DNA of 64,000 bases. It comes from an uncultured Candidatus Saccharibacteria bacterium (GTDB lineage: Bacteria > Patescibacteriota > Minisyncoccia > Phycocordibacterales > DATGWK01). Each line of letters starts with the position of its first letter. Positions within the stretch are counted from its first letter, which is position 1. Shown here piece after piece: positions 29,151-38,765 of this stretch. The DNA is taken from assembly GCA_964356815.1 (NCBI GenBank), contig CAYHIR010000003.1:2198-66197 (forward strand). Direction: 5' to 3'. The notes under the pieces are model-generated. The model was not told the DNA's origin and made no database searches. It was given only the letters and a program-made list of their open reading frames with translations. Made by a program: the position numbers and the translations under genes.

Positions 29151-30410
29151 TTAACCGAAAGTGAAGGTGAAGGCCTTTAAATTTCCCTCCGGGATAGTTA
29201 TTTCTAAAACATGCTCACCGGCAGATGAGTCTTCTATCAACTTATAGAGCTTTGAATTTTTTACGGTCACAATTGACTCCTCATTTTCTATTCGGACATC
29301 GTCGCCGGCAAAGCTCGCGCTGAGTGGCACGCCGTCGCGAGTAATTTTTATTTGCGTCGCATCGTCGGCACTGGCCACGAAAAAAACATTCTTGGCTTTA
29401 TACTTTAAAGAAATGTGCGCTTCATCACTTCGACTCTCGGCGTATTGATTTGTAAAATTCCACTTGCCGGACAAATAAAACAGATTTGGAAATAAGTTTA
29501 CGGACTTTTCAGGCGCAGTTAGAGTTTGTAGACCAGTTTCGTTCTTCTGACCGTTTCCCAACGCTTCATTACGCGCGGCGCCAAAATAAATTTCCGATGT
29601 GACGGCGAAAGTTTGAGTTGTTGCATCAATTGGAGAAACAGTGCCTGAGCCAATCACATCTGAAACATTTTTGATGTTTAGAACTGCCATTCGCTCAGCC
29701 AAAAGCTCCTGAATTTTCTTTTCTGTCTCCGCGTATGCACCCTCGCCGATATGATCGTAGACAATGTAACCGTCTATGTCTATCAAATATTTCCGCGGCC
29801 AAAAACGATTTTCATATGCGTACCAAGTGGAAAAATCATTATCGAGCACTACAGGATAACCAATTTTTTCTTCAGTCACTGCATTTTTTACATTTTGAAA
29901 ATCTTTTTCAAACTCAAATTCTGGCGTATGAATGCCGATGATTACCAAGCCGTCTTTTTCGTATTTACTCCACCAAGCATTTAGAAATGGCTGAGTGCGC
30001 TGACAATTTATACAGCTATATGTCCAAAAGTCTACCAAGACAACTTTCTTGCCGATATATTCGCCGATCGTGACTGGCTTACCGTCGCCACCGGTATTTA
30101 TGAAACCATCGGGCGTAGTAATTTCTTTGGCCAGTTTATATTTTTTGGCTTTTTCTGCTTGAGATAGAAAGGAATTTGCCGCAATGACTGATGGGGCTGA
30201 TAAGGCTGGTAGAATTGGCGCCGGCATAGGACCAACTTCGGACTTTATGGGTGTTGCGTCTGGCGTTGTTGTGCTTGTATCACGAGGCATGACAGTAACC
30301 ACCTCTGCATCTGTCGGCCGTGCAGTTTTTTGTGATTCGAGGTAAAAAATCGCGCCGCCAATAAGCGCGAGGGCAACGACTAAAATTATACTTCTAAGTA
30401 AACTTGTCAT
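29151..30410 (-). CDS. Membrane-anchored thioredoxin-fold thiol:disulfide oxidoreductase (TlpA/ResA-like) with a C-terminal extension domain
   Basis: It has an N-terminal TM and a thioredoxin domain with the WTYSCINCQ CxxC motif. It lies adjacent to ccdA. Confidence 0.8.
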   Translation of the reverse strand: MTSLLRSIILVVALALIGGAIFYLESQKTARPTDAEVVTVMPRDTSTTTPDATPIKSEVGPMPAPILPALSAPSVIAANSFLSQAEKAKKYKLAKEITTPDGFINTGGDGKPVTIGEYIGKKVVLVDFWTYSCINCQRTQPFLNAWWSKYEKDGLVIIGIHTPEFEFEKDFQNVKNAVTEEKIGYPVVLDNDFSTWYAYENRFWPRKYLIDIDGYIVYDHIGEGAYAETEKKIQELLAERMAVLNIKNVSDVIGSGTVSPIDATTQTFAVTSEIYFGAARNEALGNGQKNETGLQTLTAPEKSVNLFPNLFYLSGKWNFTNQYAESRSDEAHISLKYKAKNVFFVASADDATQIKITRDGVPLSASFAGDDVRIENEESIVTVKNSKLYKLIEDSSAGEHVLEITIPEGNLKAFTFTFG

Positions 30411-30426
30411 TTTTTATTTTTAGATT

Positions 30427-31218
30427 TTATTTTCCAACATCCGACTGGGCCGCAGTGACAGGCTTGGCCGCAGTACTCGCTAAATATGTAAGAAAACCTG
30501 GCACGATTGGCAAAATACACGGCGAGAGAAAAGAGCCGAGACCGGCAAGAAACGCAATGCCCGCGTTTACCAAAGAAAAAGATTTTATACCGCCACCAGA
30601 GCCAGTTACTGCATCAAATCTACCAAGCAGATCGATGATAAAAAAAAAATTGGCGATACGCGCGAGCTGGCTCGTAAAAATCAAAACGCCCATGAGCACC
30701 AAGAGCGCGCCGAAGACATACTGAAAATACACGAGCCACTTGCCGGCCCTGTTTATAAGCGACTGAGCTTGCGTAGAAAAAAGGCCGACGACAATAAACG
30801 GAATGCCGATACCGAGCGTGTAAGAAAAGAGTAAGAAAAAAGCACTACCAGGAAAAGTGGCGGCTAGAGCCAGAATCGCGCCGAGTGCCGCCGATACGCA
30901 CGGCGTCCAGCCCACAGCAAATGCCGCACCAAAAACAAAAGAGGTTAGAAGATGCGACTTAAATCTGCGCTTTACAGAAACCGTATGCTCGCGCTCCAAA
31001 AATGAGAGGCGAAAAAGACCCATTATGAAAAGACCGAAAATAATTATGATAGCACCGCCGATGCGCGCCAGCCACTCGGCTACAGTGTTTGAAACATTTT
31101 CCAGAACGGTCTGGAGCAAAACGCCCACAATAGAAAAAACGAATGAAAATCCGAGAACAAAAAATACGCTAGCCCAAAAAATACTCCAATCTCTTTTCAT
31201 TTGCGTATTATAACCCAT
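30427..31218 (-). CDS. ccdA: Cytochrome c-type biogenesis / disulfide-relay transmembrane protein CcdA (DsbD TM domain)
   Basis: It has 6 TM segments and two conserved Cys (LSPCILP and WTPCVSA). Confidence 0.85.
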   Translation of the reverse strand: MGYNTQMKRDWSIFWASVFFVLGFSFVFSIVGVLLQTVLENVSNTVAEWLARIGGAIIIIFGLFIMGLFRLSFLEREHTVSVKRRFKSHLLTSFVFGAAFAVGWTPCVSAALGAILALAATFPGSAFFLLFSYTLGIGIPFIVVGLFSTQAQSLINRAGKWLVYFQYVFGALLVLMGVLIFTSQLARIANFFFIIDLLGRFDAVTGSGGGIKSFSLVNAGIAFLAGLGSFLSPCILPIVPGFLTYLASTAAKPVTAAQSDVGK

Positions 31219-31285
31219 ATTACGATAGGTTGCACTTTTAAGTGTGAGATGTTACACTCACGACACAAAAAACCTTTAAAATCCA

Positions 31286-31813
31286 TTGGCTACCCCAGAT
31301 CGAGTTAAAATAAATCACTTCATTCGTGCCGCAGAGCTCCGTGTCATCGGCGACGATGGTGCAAATTATGGCGTCCTTTCCCTTACCGACGCCCTAAAAA
31401 AAGCTGAGGAGCTCGGCCTCGATCTCATAGAAATCTCGCCTCTCGCCTCGCCGCCGATTGCCAAAATAATGGACTTCGGCAAGTTTCAATATAATCAAAA
31501 TAAAAAACAAAAGAGTGTCCGCACCAAATCTCACACAGTGGAGACGAAGAGCATTCAAATAAAAGTAGGCACCGGCGACCACGATCTCGATCTCAAAGCC
31601 AAAAAAGCTTCGGAGTGGCTCCGTGGTGGCAATCGCGTAAAAGTCGACCTATTTCTCCCTGGTCGCACAAAATATATGGACATAAAGTTCCTCAAGGAGC
31701 GCTTGGAGCGCATTCTAAAGCTCATCACTGAGCCGTACAAAGTATCCGAGGAGGCCAAGAAGGGTCCTAAGGGCATGGGCATGGTAATCGAGCGCGACAT
31801 CACCAAAAAGTAG
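31286..31813 (+). CDS. infC: Translation initiation factor IF-3
   Basis: It has the IF3 N- and C-domains (IRAAELRVIGDDGANYGVLS ... KVGTGDHDLDLKAKKASEWL). It appears to start at TTG 31286; IF-3 typically uses an unusual start codon. The infC-rpmI-rplT operon supports the call. Confidence 0.85.
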   Translation: MATPDRVKINHFIRAAELRVIGDDGANYGVLSLTDALKKAEELGLDLIEISPLASPPIAKIMDFGKFQYNQNKKQKSVRTKSHTVETKSIQIKVGTGDHDLDLKAKKASEWLRGGNRVKVDLFLPGRTKYMDIKFLKERLERILKLITEPYKVSEEAKKGPKGMGMVIERDITKK

Positions 31814-31870
31814 CCGGGTTGCCTAAAAAGTAGACAATATTCCGTAAATCCTTATAATACTAAGTCCGAC

Positions 31871-32053
31871 ATGAAAGTTAACAAATCATTCCTAAAACGC
31901 CTTAAATTGACCCGCACAGGGAAGGTTTTGGCGCGTAAAGCAGGGCAAAACCACTTCAATGCCAAGCAAAGCGGTCGCAAACAGCTCGGTGGCAATCGCA
32001 TGGGTGGTTTTATCGTCAACAACAAAATCAAGAGCCGATACCTCATAAAATAA
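31871..32053 (+). CDS. rpmI: 50S ribosomal protein L35
   Basis: 60 aa: MKVNKSFLKRLKLTRTGKVLARK. Confidence 0.9.
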   Translation: MKVNKSFLKRLKLTRTGKVLARKAGQNHFNAKQSGRKQLGGNRMGGFIVNNKIKSRYLIK

Positions 32054-32054
32054 T

Positions 32055-32399
32055 ATGACAAGAGTTAAAAAAGGTACAAATGCCTTAAAAACCAGAAAAA
32101 ATATCCTTCGCGCCACTAAGGGTTTTCGCCATGGCCGAAGTTCAAAAGAAAAACAAGCTTACGAAGCTTTGATGCATGCCGGCGCTTCTGCCTTCGCTCA
32201 TCGTCGCGACAAAAAGGGTGATTTCCGCCGCCTTTGGAACGTCCGCTTAAACGCCGCTCTCCGCCAACACGGTTGGACATACAGCAAATTCATCGGTGCC
32301 GCTAAGAAAAAAGGTATCGAAGTCAATCGCAAAATGCTTTCTGAAATTGCCGCTGCAAATCCAGAATCTTTCAAAAGAATTGTCGCTAAGGTTGCCTAA
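32055..32399 (+). CDS. rplT: 50S ribosomal protein L20
   Basis: 114 aa: MTRVKKGTNALKTRKNILRATKGFRHGRS. Confidence 0.9.
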   Translation: MTRVKKGTNALKTRKNILRATKGFRHGRSSKEKQAYEALMHAGASAFAHRRDKKGDFRRLWNVRLNAALRQHGWTYSKFIGAAKKKGIEVNRKMLSEIAAANPESFKRIVAKVA

Positions 32400-32469
32400 A
32401 AATTTAGGCGTGCTATTTTAAGCGCGGACAGAACCCAGACAGAACTCAAACAAAAGAAGGAGAACGCCA

Positions 32470-33138
32470 GTGAGTAAACCCATGCGGAGTGTGGTTTTCT
32501 TTTTCGTTGCCACGATCATATTGTTGGTGATCACAGTGGGAGTATGTTTTCTCTCCCCCCAACCAGAATGGAAGAAGTACATCAAGGAAAACTTCCCCGA
32601 GGGCAACCGCACAGAACAGACATCACTAAAAGGAGAGTGGCGAGACCGTGTGTATGAGCTGGAAGACATGGTGGGCAATGAGTGGACAAAGAAAGATGTC
32701 GATAGTCTGGTGAACATCGTAAAAGCTGGCTACCCGACACAAAGCCGAGAGCTCGGAAAGAAAAAATCGACCGAAGAAAACGACCGAGATTTCGGCGAGT
32801 ACCATGTTTGGTGGGCAGCAAACATATGCTTGATGGCAAGGCTTCAAGCCAACATCGAGGTTGGCGCACCACTTCCAAATTCTGCCAGAGAGACCATCGA
32901 GAAATTGTGGATCGAGGAACTCAAACAGGAATTTTCCGAGCGAAGATCGATGGCGGCAGGAAATCTAATCGAACACGGATTCACCGAAAATCCCGTGGTC
33001 CGCAAGTTGGTCGATGACGCAATCGACGAGCTCGATCCAGACGACAAAGACGACATGGTCATCATGCGAGCGAATCACGACAAAGCGAAAGAAAACAAGA
33101 GGAAACTGAAGAAAATGGCGGCGGAGAAAAAGCAATGA
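32470..33138 (+). CDS. Membrane-anchored hypothetical protein
   Basis: 222 aa with an N-terminal TM and an acidic/lysine-rich C-terminus. I recognise no family. Confidence 0.45.
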   Translation: MSKPMRSVVFFFVATIILLVITVGVCFLSPQPEWKKYIKENFPEGNRTEQTSLKGEWRDRVYELEDMVGNEWTKKDVDSLVNIVKAGYPTQSRELGKKKSTEENDRDFGEYHVWWAANICLMARLQANIEVGAPLPNSARETIEKLWIEELKQEFSERRSMAAGNLIEHGFTENPVVRKLVDDAIDELDPDDKDDMVIMRANHDKAKENKRKLKKMAAEKKQ

Positions 33139-33229
33139 AGCCGGCATGGCGCAAAGAGCAACACGACACCGCGAGCCTTCTCGTGGTGTTTTTTTATTTA
33201 AAAATCCGGCCGCCGTCGGCTGTGCAATT

Positions 33230-34681
33230 TTAATCAATTTTATAAACCTTCCCCTCCTCAGGCGCGATTGCTTCCACACCAATATAATCGCGAACGCGTT
33301 GCGTGAGAAAAAGGGCCGACTTCGGCTCGCCCATCACAACAAAAACTTTTTTGAGGCTGTCGCCCGCCGTGGAAATGAGCTCGAGCAAACCTTCTGAGTC
33401 GCGATGGCCGGAGTAGCCGCTAATCATTTTCACCTGTGCTCGCACCGGGATTTTTTCGCCATTTATTTCCACTTCGCGTGCACCTTCTGAAAGCAAGCGG
33501 CCAAGCGTACCCACAGCTTGATAGCCGGTGAGAAGAAGTGTGTTTTCGGCATGTGGCAAATAGAGCGCCTCGTGCGCCACCACTCGCCCACCAGAAGACA
33601 TGCCCGAGCCAGCAATAATTATTTTCGCACCATGAACATTGCCAATAGCCGCCGAATCGTGACCGGTGTAAGAAATTTTGAGTCGCGGAAAATTGAAAAT
33701 GTCGTCGCCACTTTCCATTTCTTTGCGCGCGCCAACATTGAAAAGTGCGCCAGAACTTTTATAAATCGCCGTGAGTTTTATTGCTAGTGGCGAATCGAGA
33801 AATACGGGCACAGAAGGAATGGCGCCAGTTTCCACCAATTTATCTAATTCGTAAAGCAAAATCTGCGCGCGTTCGAGCGAAAAAGCTGGAATTACGAGCG
33901 TGCCTTTTTTCGCTATAGAGCCGCGCACAATATCGGCAAAATTTTTATCGCGTTCACTTTTTGCTTCGTGGTTGCGATCGCCGTACACGCTGTCTATCAC
34001 TAAATAATCCGCGCCGGTGAGATGCTCAGTGTCGCGAATTAAGGGCGACGGCGAATTACCCGTGTCGCCGGTGAAAATTATTGTGCGTGGCGCGACGGTT
34101 TCGCTCACGGTGGCCGCGCCGGCATGGCCACGATGTGTAATTTTCATCATCGCCGAACCGAGAATGTGACCGGCGTCTAAAAATTCAACGCTAAAATTTC
34201 CCACCGCGTGAAAATTTTTGTGATACAGAAATGTGTGCCAAAGATTTAGTGCCTGTTCGATATGATGCTCTTCAAAAAATGGTTCTCGCGACTCTGGCGA
34301 ATTGGTCTGCCAGTCGTGTTCGGCATTTTTTTTAAAACTTTGCACACGAAGTAAATCTTCGAGCATGAAGCGGGCGATGGCTTTCGTTTCTGGTGTCGAA
34401 AAAATTTTGCCGCGAAAACCATCTTTTACGAGCTTCGGAATGCGACCAATATGATCGAGATGAGCGTGAGTGACGAGCAGGGCGTCTATTTCACTCGGAT
34501 TGTATGGAAAAGGTTTGCGATTTTCTTCGTCGGCCGCTGGTATACCTTGGATCAGGCCGCAGTCTATTAAAATTTTCGCCGAGCCGTCAGAAATTAAAAA
34601 ATTCGCGCCGGTCACAGTGCGAACTCCGCTCCAAAATGTTAGTTGTAAATTTTCCGCCGCAGTATCGAGATTTTTTTTCAC
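33230..34681 (-). CDS. Beta-CASP family metallo-beta-lactamase nuclease (RNase J / CPSF-like)
   Basis: 483 aa with the MBL motif HAHLDHIG and downstream beta-CASP motifs. Confidence 0.75.
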   Translation of the reverse strand: MKKNLDTAAENLQLTFWSGVRTVTGANFLISDGSAKILIDCGLIQGIPAADEENRKPFPYNPSEIDALLVTHAHLDHIGRIPKLVKDGFRGKIFSTPETKAIARFMLEDLLRVQSFKKNAEHDWQTNSPESREPFFEEHHIEQALNLWHTFLYHKNFHAVGNFSVEFLDAGHILGSAMMKITHRGHAGAATVSETVAPRTIIFTGDTGNSPSPLIRDTEHLTGADYLVIDSVYGDRNHEAKSERDKNFADIVRGSIAKKGTLVIPAFSLERAQILLYELDKLVETGAIPSVPVFLDSPLAIKLTAIYKSSGALFNVGARKEMESGDDIFNFPRLKISYTGHDSAAIGNVHGAKIIIAGSGMSSGGRVVAHEALYLPHAENTLLLTGYQAVGTLGRLLSEGAREVEINGEKIPVRAQVKMISGYSGHRDSEGLLELISTAGDSLKKVFVVMGEPKSALFLTQRVRDYIGVEAIAPEEGKVYKID

Positions 34682-35058
34682 TGTTTAATCATACTACAAT
34701 CTCGCGGCGTCTAAATCGGCGGCGACATGCCACCGGAAATTAAAATACCCGCTTCGCAAAAGCGTCGCGGATATTTTAAATTGGTTACTCGTAGGATTTA
34801 CCCTAGTTTGAATACTAGGTGGGTGCTCTCAGATGCATTCTTCAGAACGAATTAACGCTCATCCGACTACATAGATATTGAGCTCCCTAGAAACTCTTAT
34901 CTAGATTAAATCATCCAAGTAACCTGTTGTGATTATATTCCTCATGCAACCATCCGAACAGTTGATAACCTGTGCAGAAGTTGTGTACTACTTGGGCACA
35001 ACATCGAAATGGAGGCGAAGCGCGAAAAAACCCTTATCTGCTCTCACCTATTCCCAAC

Positions 35059-35703
35059 CTACTCCCAAATACCGTCCATATTTACATCGTAGAGAATTTG
35101 TTCTTGGATGAGAAGATAGTCGACTAATTCCTCCGGCCGGAACCAAAGTGCCAATTCTTTTTCGGCGTCTTCTGTTGTACCAGAAGCGTGAATCAAATTT
35201 CTGATCGCGCGTTTGTCGGTATCGGACATTGTGTAAGAGTCGAGAACGAAATCGCCACGAATTGTGCCGACGTCTGTAGAAAGCGGCTCTGTGCCACCAG
35301 TAATTTTTCGCACAATCTTCACCGCATGCGCACCTTCCCATGCCATGGCAATGACAGGACCGCTCGTCATATATTTTTTAAGATTTTCTAAAATGACAGC
35401 CGTGATTTCAAACGGATCTTCGCTCGGCGGCGCTTCACCTTTTTCACGCGCCACTTTTATGCGCTTCTCGCCAGTGATGCGTCGCCATTCTGGATCGATT
35501 GTATAATGTTTCTCCACCATATCAGCCGTCGGCACAACCATTTTTATACCCACGAGCTTCAAACCAATGCGTTCATATCTTTTTACAATCTCACCAATAA
35601 GTGTACGCTGAATGCCGTCTGGCTTCACTACCACAAGTGTACGTTCTTTTTTCGGATGCGGTCGTCCGTCTGTTTGTCCGCCTTGTTGAATACTTTGAGT
35701 CAT
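35059..35703 (-). CDS. ndk: Nucleoside diphosphate kinase with an internal insertion
   Basis: ERTLVVVKPDG ... NLIHASGTTEDAEKE (the NxxH active-site His region). Confidence 0.8.
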   Translation of the reverse strand: MTQSIQQGGQTDGRPHPKKERTLVVVKPDGIQRTLIGEIVKRYERIGLKLVGIKMVVPTADMVEKHYTIDPEWRRITGEKRIKVAREKGEAPPSEDPFEITAVILENLKKYMTSGPVIAMAWEGAHAVKIVRKITGGTEPLSTDVGTIRGDFVLDSYTMSDTDKRAIRNLIHASGTTEDAEKELALWFRPEELVDYLLIQEQILYDVNMDGIWE

Positions 35704-35780
35704 GGGAAAAAGTATAAACTAAACCACCTATAAAACAAAACTCTCCCAACAAAACAAATTGGTGGGAGAGAAATGAAATG

Positions 35781-35909
35781 ATTTGCGAGACAGCGAAAGC
35801 AAAGCCGTTCTCACGATTCCACCTGTTGCCAGGATTGTCGTAAAACGCGTTCAGCTTGCGACCAACATCGTTGCGATTCGCACCGAGAAGGTTCGGGTTG
35901 CCGTCTGAA
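35781..35909 (-). repeat. Orphan DGR template-repeat-like element (TR2), cognate to VR2 at 36275..36403
   Basis: It is 129 bp with about 80% identity to the 3' end of gene 36265..37017. Its minus-strand translation is Asn-rich (SDGNPNLLGANRNDVGRKLNAFYDNPGNRWNRENGFAFAV). 17 of 26 differences from VR2 are at coding-strand adenines. Confidence 0.6.
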
Positions 35910-36187
35910 ATGTACAGAATGCCATCCGTATCACTACCCAGCGTGAAAGCCTAAGAATCTTTGGCTGATCTTCTGGGTTGTCTGCGGGGGTTCCGCCTGT
36001 TTTCGGCATCATAATGCCTTAGCACTCTGCACCAAGTAACTTCATTTTTTGAAGTGTCTACATAAGCCCTCCGTCCGAAACCTTAATCGCGGACGCTCTC
36101 AGCTTATGGATACTGGATTCGGTAGCGGGAAACCTTGATCTCCCGCGTATTCACCTACTACCACGGAAGATTTTAGCATAAAAAAAG

Positions 36188-36220
36188 AGCCCGATATCAC
36201 CATGTGTGATGTCGGGCTCG
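36188..36220 (-). other. GC-rich 14-bp-stem hairpin plus T-run immediately downstream of VR2 (DGR target-recognition hairpin or terminator)
   Basis: On the minus strand: GAGCCCGACATCAC-acatg-GTGATATCGGGCTC, followed by TTTTTTT. Confidence 0.55.
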
Positions 36221-36264
36221 AGGACTAAGGTCAAAGGGTCCAAGAGAACCGAGTGATCAAGTGT

Positions 36265-37017
36265 CTAAGCACAAACTTGCGAGACAACAAAAGCGAAGCC
36301 ATCCTCACGACCCCACCCGTAGCCAGGCCAGGCGTAGAACGCGCTCAGCCTACGACCATCGCCGTCGCGACCCGCACCGAGAAGGCTCGGGTAGCCGTCT
36401 GAACCTTTGATGGTGTCGTGCATTGCGATGATCCACCACAAACCCATGGCTTTGATCTCTTCATCCGAGTAGTTTGCTCGTATGAGACATGCGAGCTCGG
36501 CATTCGGGGTGCTCCAGCCACGCTTCTGGCCATCGGCACGAATGTTCTCTGTGGTTCGCAGAGTGTCGGAAAAAAGTTCTCCTTTGAGCACGGCGACACG
36601 GTAGGTCACATTGTTCGTTGTCTTGAAGCTGGGTGAACGAAGAACGAATTCGGCTTCAGAACCAATGCTGTACCCATTCTCCTTGAACCAGGTGATCCAC
36701 TCCTCTCCGGTCTTGCCGTTTGAGGTGACCGAGAAGTAGATGACGCCGTCTTCCTCACGCCAGCGAAGAGCTGGTGTTGAAACCACCAATTCACCACTCG
36801 CAAGCCGATGAACAGCATCAAGTCCTCCAACCCTCTGAATGAGTCGCTCGAGAAGATCGTCTTCGCCGCGGAGAAACCTCTTGATGTCGCTCAGCCAACG
36901 ATCACCATCAATACCGGCCAACCTCAAAGCGATGTCGATGAAGATGCCGAGCTTGGACTCTTCCAATCCACCAATGGCCATAAAAACCTTGCCGAGCATG
37001 CTGTCTCTTGCTTGCAT
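36265..37017 (-). CDS. Putative DGR variable protein (C-type-lectin-fold-like C-terminus) carrying VR2 at 36275..36403
   Basis: 250 aa. The C-terminus is ...SDGYPSLLGAGRDGDGRRLSAFYAWPGYGWGREDGFAFVVSQVCA. The VR ends 8 nt before the stop. The gene is GC-rich relative to its surroundings. Confidence 0.55.
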   Translation of the reverse strand: MQARDSMLGKVFMAIGGLEESKLGIFIDIALRLAGIDGDRWLSDIKRFLRGEDDLLERLIQRVGGLDAVHRLASGELVVSTPALRWREEDGVIYFSVTSNGKTGEEWITWFKENGYSIGSEAEFVLRSPSFKTTNNVTYRVAVLKGELFSDTLRTTENIRADGQKRGWSTPNAELACLIRANYSDEEIKAMGLWWIIAMHDTIKGSDGYPSLLGAGRDGDGRRLSAFYAWPGYGWGREDGFAFVVSQVCA

Positions 37018-37116
37018 GGTCAGCTCCTTTCTGAAATGAGTCTTACTGTCAGCACAACGTGTGCCGAGAGCAAGACTCTGACAAAGAACTACCCGTAAAT
37101 AATATCACAAACTACC

Positions 37117-37932
37117 CTATCTTGTCAACACCTCCGGCCCGTCCTCCCCAATCACAATAGTATGTTCAAAATGTGCCGAGCGGCGGCCGTCTTTGGTGCG
37201 CACAGTGTAGCCATCTTTGCGGTCGAAAACTACGGCGTCGGTGCCCTCGTTGAGCATCGGCTCTATGGCAATCACCATTCCCGGCTTTAGAAGTGCGCCC
37301 TCGCCACGGCGGCCGGTATTGGGCACGTAAGGGTCTTCATGAACGGCATAGCCCACGCCATGGCCCGCGAGCTCTTCTGCCAGGCCGAAGCCGAGCGGCC
37401 GCACAAAGCTCTCCACTGCTTCGCCAATGTCGCCCACTCGTCCGCCTGGTTGGGCCGCGGCAATGGCTTTGTCTAACGCTTCGCGCGTGGCTTTCACAAG
37501 CGCGCGAGCTTTTTCTAGACATTTCGCATCGCCCGCGCTTTTGCCGCCAGCTTTACCCACAATCACCGTCACCGCCGCGTCTGTTATGAGGCCTGCATGA
37601 ATGAGTCCCATATCAACGGCCACGATGTCACCTTCTTTAAAAATTTTATCGGCTGTGGGAATGCCGTGCACGATTTCATCGTTTACTGAAATGCAGACGC
37701 TACCCGGAAAAGGTCGCGCCGCGCCGTCGGGTTGATAGCCGAGAAAAGCTGGTGCGTCTTCTTCGCCGCGTTCGTCTCTACCTGCTTTCACAAGCTCCGC
37801 GGCCAAACGGTCGATATCAGCCGCTGAGACGCCGGGCTTCACCTCGCTCGCCAAGCGCTTCAAAATAGCCGCCAAACGCCGGCCACCCTCTCGGAGAAGA
37901 ACGATTTCTTCTGGAGTTTTAATGGTTATCAT
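37117..37932 (-). CDS. map: Methionine aminopeptidase type I
   Basis: 271 aa with the pita-bread fold and metal-ligand residues (D, D, H, E, E pattern; AHFEHTIVI). Confidence 0.9.
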   Translation of the reverse strand: MITIKTPEEIVLLREGGRRLAAILKRLASEVKPGVSAADIDRLAAELVKAGRDERGEEDAPAFLGYQPDGAARPFPGSVCISVNDEIVHGIPTADKIFKEGDIVAVDMGLIHAGLITDAAVTVIVGKAGGKSAGDAKCLEKARALVKATREALDKAIAAAQPGGRVGDIGEAVESFVRPLGFGLAEELAGHGVGYAVHEDPYVPNTGRRGEGALLKPGMVIAIEPMLNEGTDAVVFDRKDGYTVRTKDGRRSAHFEHTIVIGEDGPEVLTR

Positions 37933-37941
37933 GTGGAGACA

Positions 37942-38538
37942 CTACATGAGCGGCGCGATGCGGTCAATAATTTCTTTATACACCTCGGAAATCGTCTGAT
38001 CGCCATTGATGTGGAGAAATTTGAAATGTGGATTTTGCTTATAGTATTCAATTGTTGGTACAACTTCTTTTTCGTACCAATCCAATCTGTTCTGAATTCT
38101 TTCTGGGGTAACATCATCGAGACGTCCACGCGCGGTGAGACGAGTATGAGAAACATCATTATGAATATCAAGATAAATCACAAAAGGTTTCATCTTATAA
38201 AACAAAAGAGCTGACTCAAGCACTTGAGCTTCCAAAAAAAGACGCGGTGACCCATCAAAAATAATATGCTCTTCACCTGTCAGATCTTCCACAAAATCAG
38301 TGACCCATGTCCAGACAGCTAAGAACGCTGGAAAAATACCACTCCTGTCATAGATTTCTTTTGAGAGCTTACTCGTAAGGGTCGCACCAGTAATAAGTTT
38401 TCGAAACTTAAAACCCGTTTCCTCATAGCGAATTTTTCGCGACGGGTCGGCGGCCGCCAAATACTCCTCTAAAAGTTTGCCCTGCGTCCCCTTCCCGCAA
38501 CCCGATCGGCCGATGAAGATGAATGTTTGAGGTGTCAT
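37942..38538 (-). CDS. adk: Adenylate kinase (short form)
   Basis: P-loop GRSGCGKGTQ, FDGSPR. secY-adk-map synteny supports the call. Confidence 0.85.
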   Translation of the reverse strand: MTPQTFIFIGRSGCGKGTQGKLLEEYLAAADPSRKIRYEETGFKFRKLITGATLTSKLSKEIYDRSGIFPAFLAVWTWVTDFVEDLTGEEHIIFDGSPRLFLEAQVLESALLFYKMKPFVIYLDIHNDVSHTRLTARGRLDDVTPERIQNRLDWYEKEVVPTIEYYKQNPHFKFLHINGDQTISEVYKEIIDRIAPLM

Positions 38539-38765
38539 GTGTAAATTATAACAGAGCTTGCAATTTTAACTCTTTTGGTATATAGTACTCGCATCACTAC
38601 GAAAAAGACCCTTACGCGGTTCCGTCCGCGTCGGGGGCTTTTTCATTTTCAGCCTCTAATTCTAATATGGAGCGTTGGTCATTTATGTACGCAATATTCA
38701 CCCGAACTTTTTCTTCTAATTTGTCGATAGGTAATTCCATAAAAAATGGAAAAATAACTTAGTGA

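Noticed and set aside
34682-35058. 375-bp ORF-free spacer between the beta-CASP nuclease and ndk, scanned for RNase P RNA, SRP RNA and 6S RNA signatures
   Set aside because: No conserved RNase P (GGAAAGUCCGG / ACAGAAA) or SRP domain IV motifs were found, and no convincing conserved structure. It was left unannotated.
38612-38740. 42-codon minus-strand ORF (MELPIDKLEEKVRVNIAYINDQRSILELEAENEKAPDADGTA) in the adk-secY spacer, with a terminator-like hairpin
   Set aside because: It is too short, has no recognisable family and no clear RBS. It is noted only as a possible small protein.
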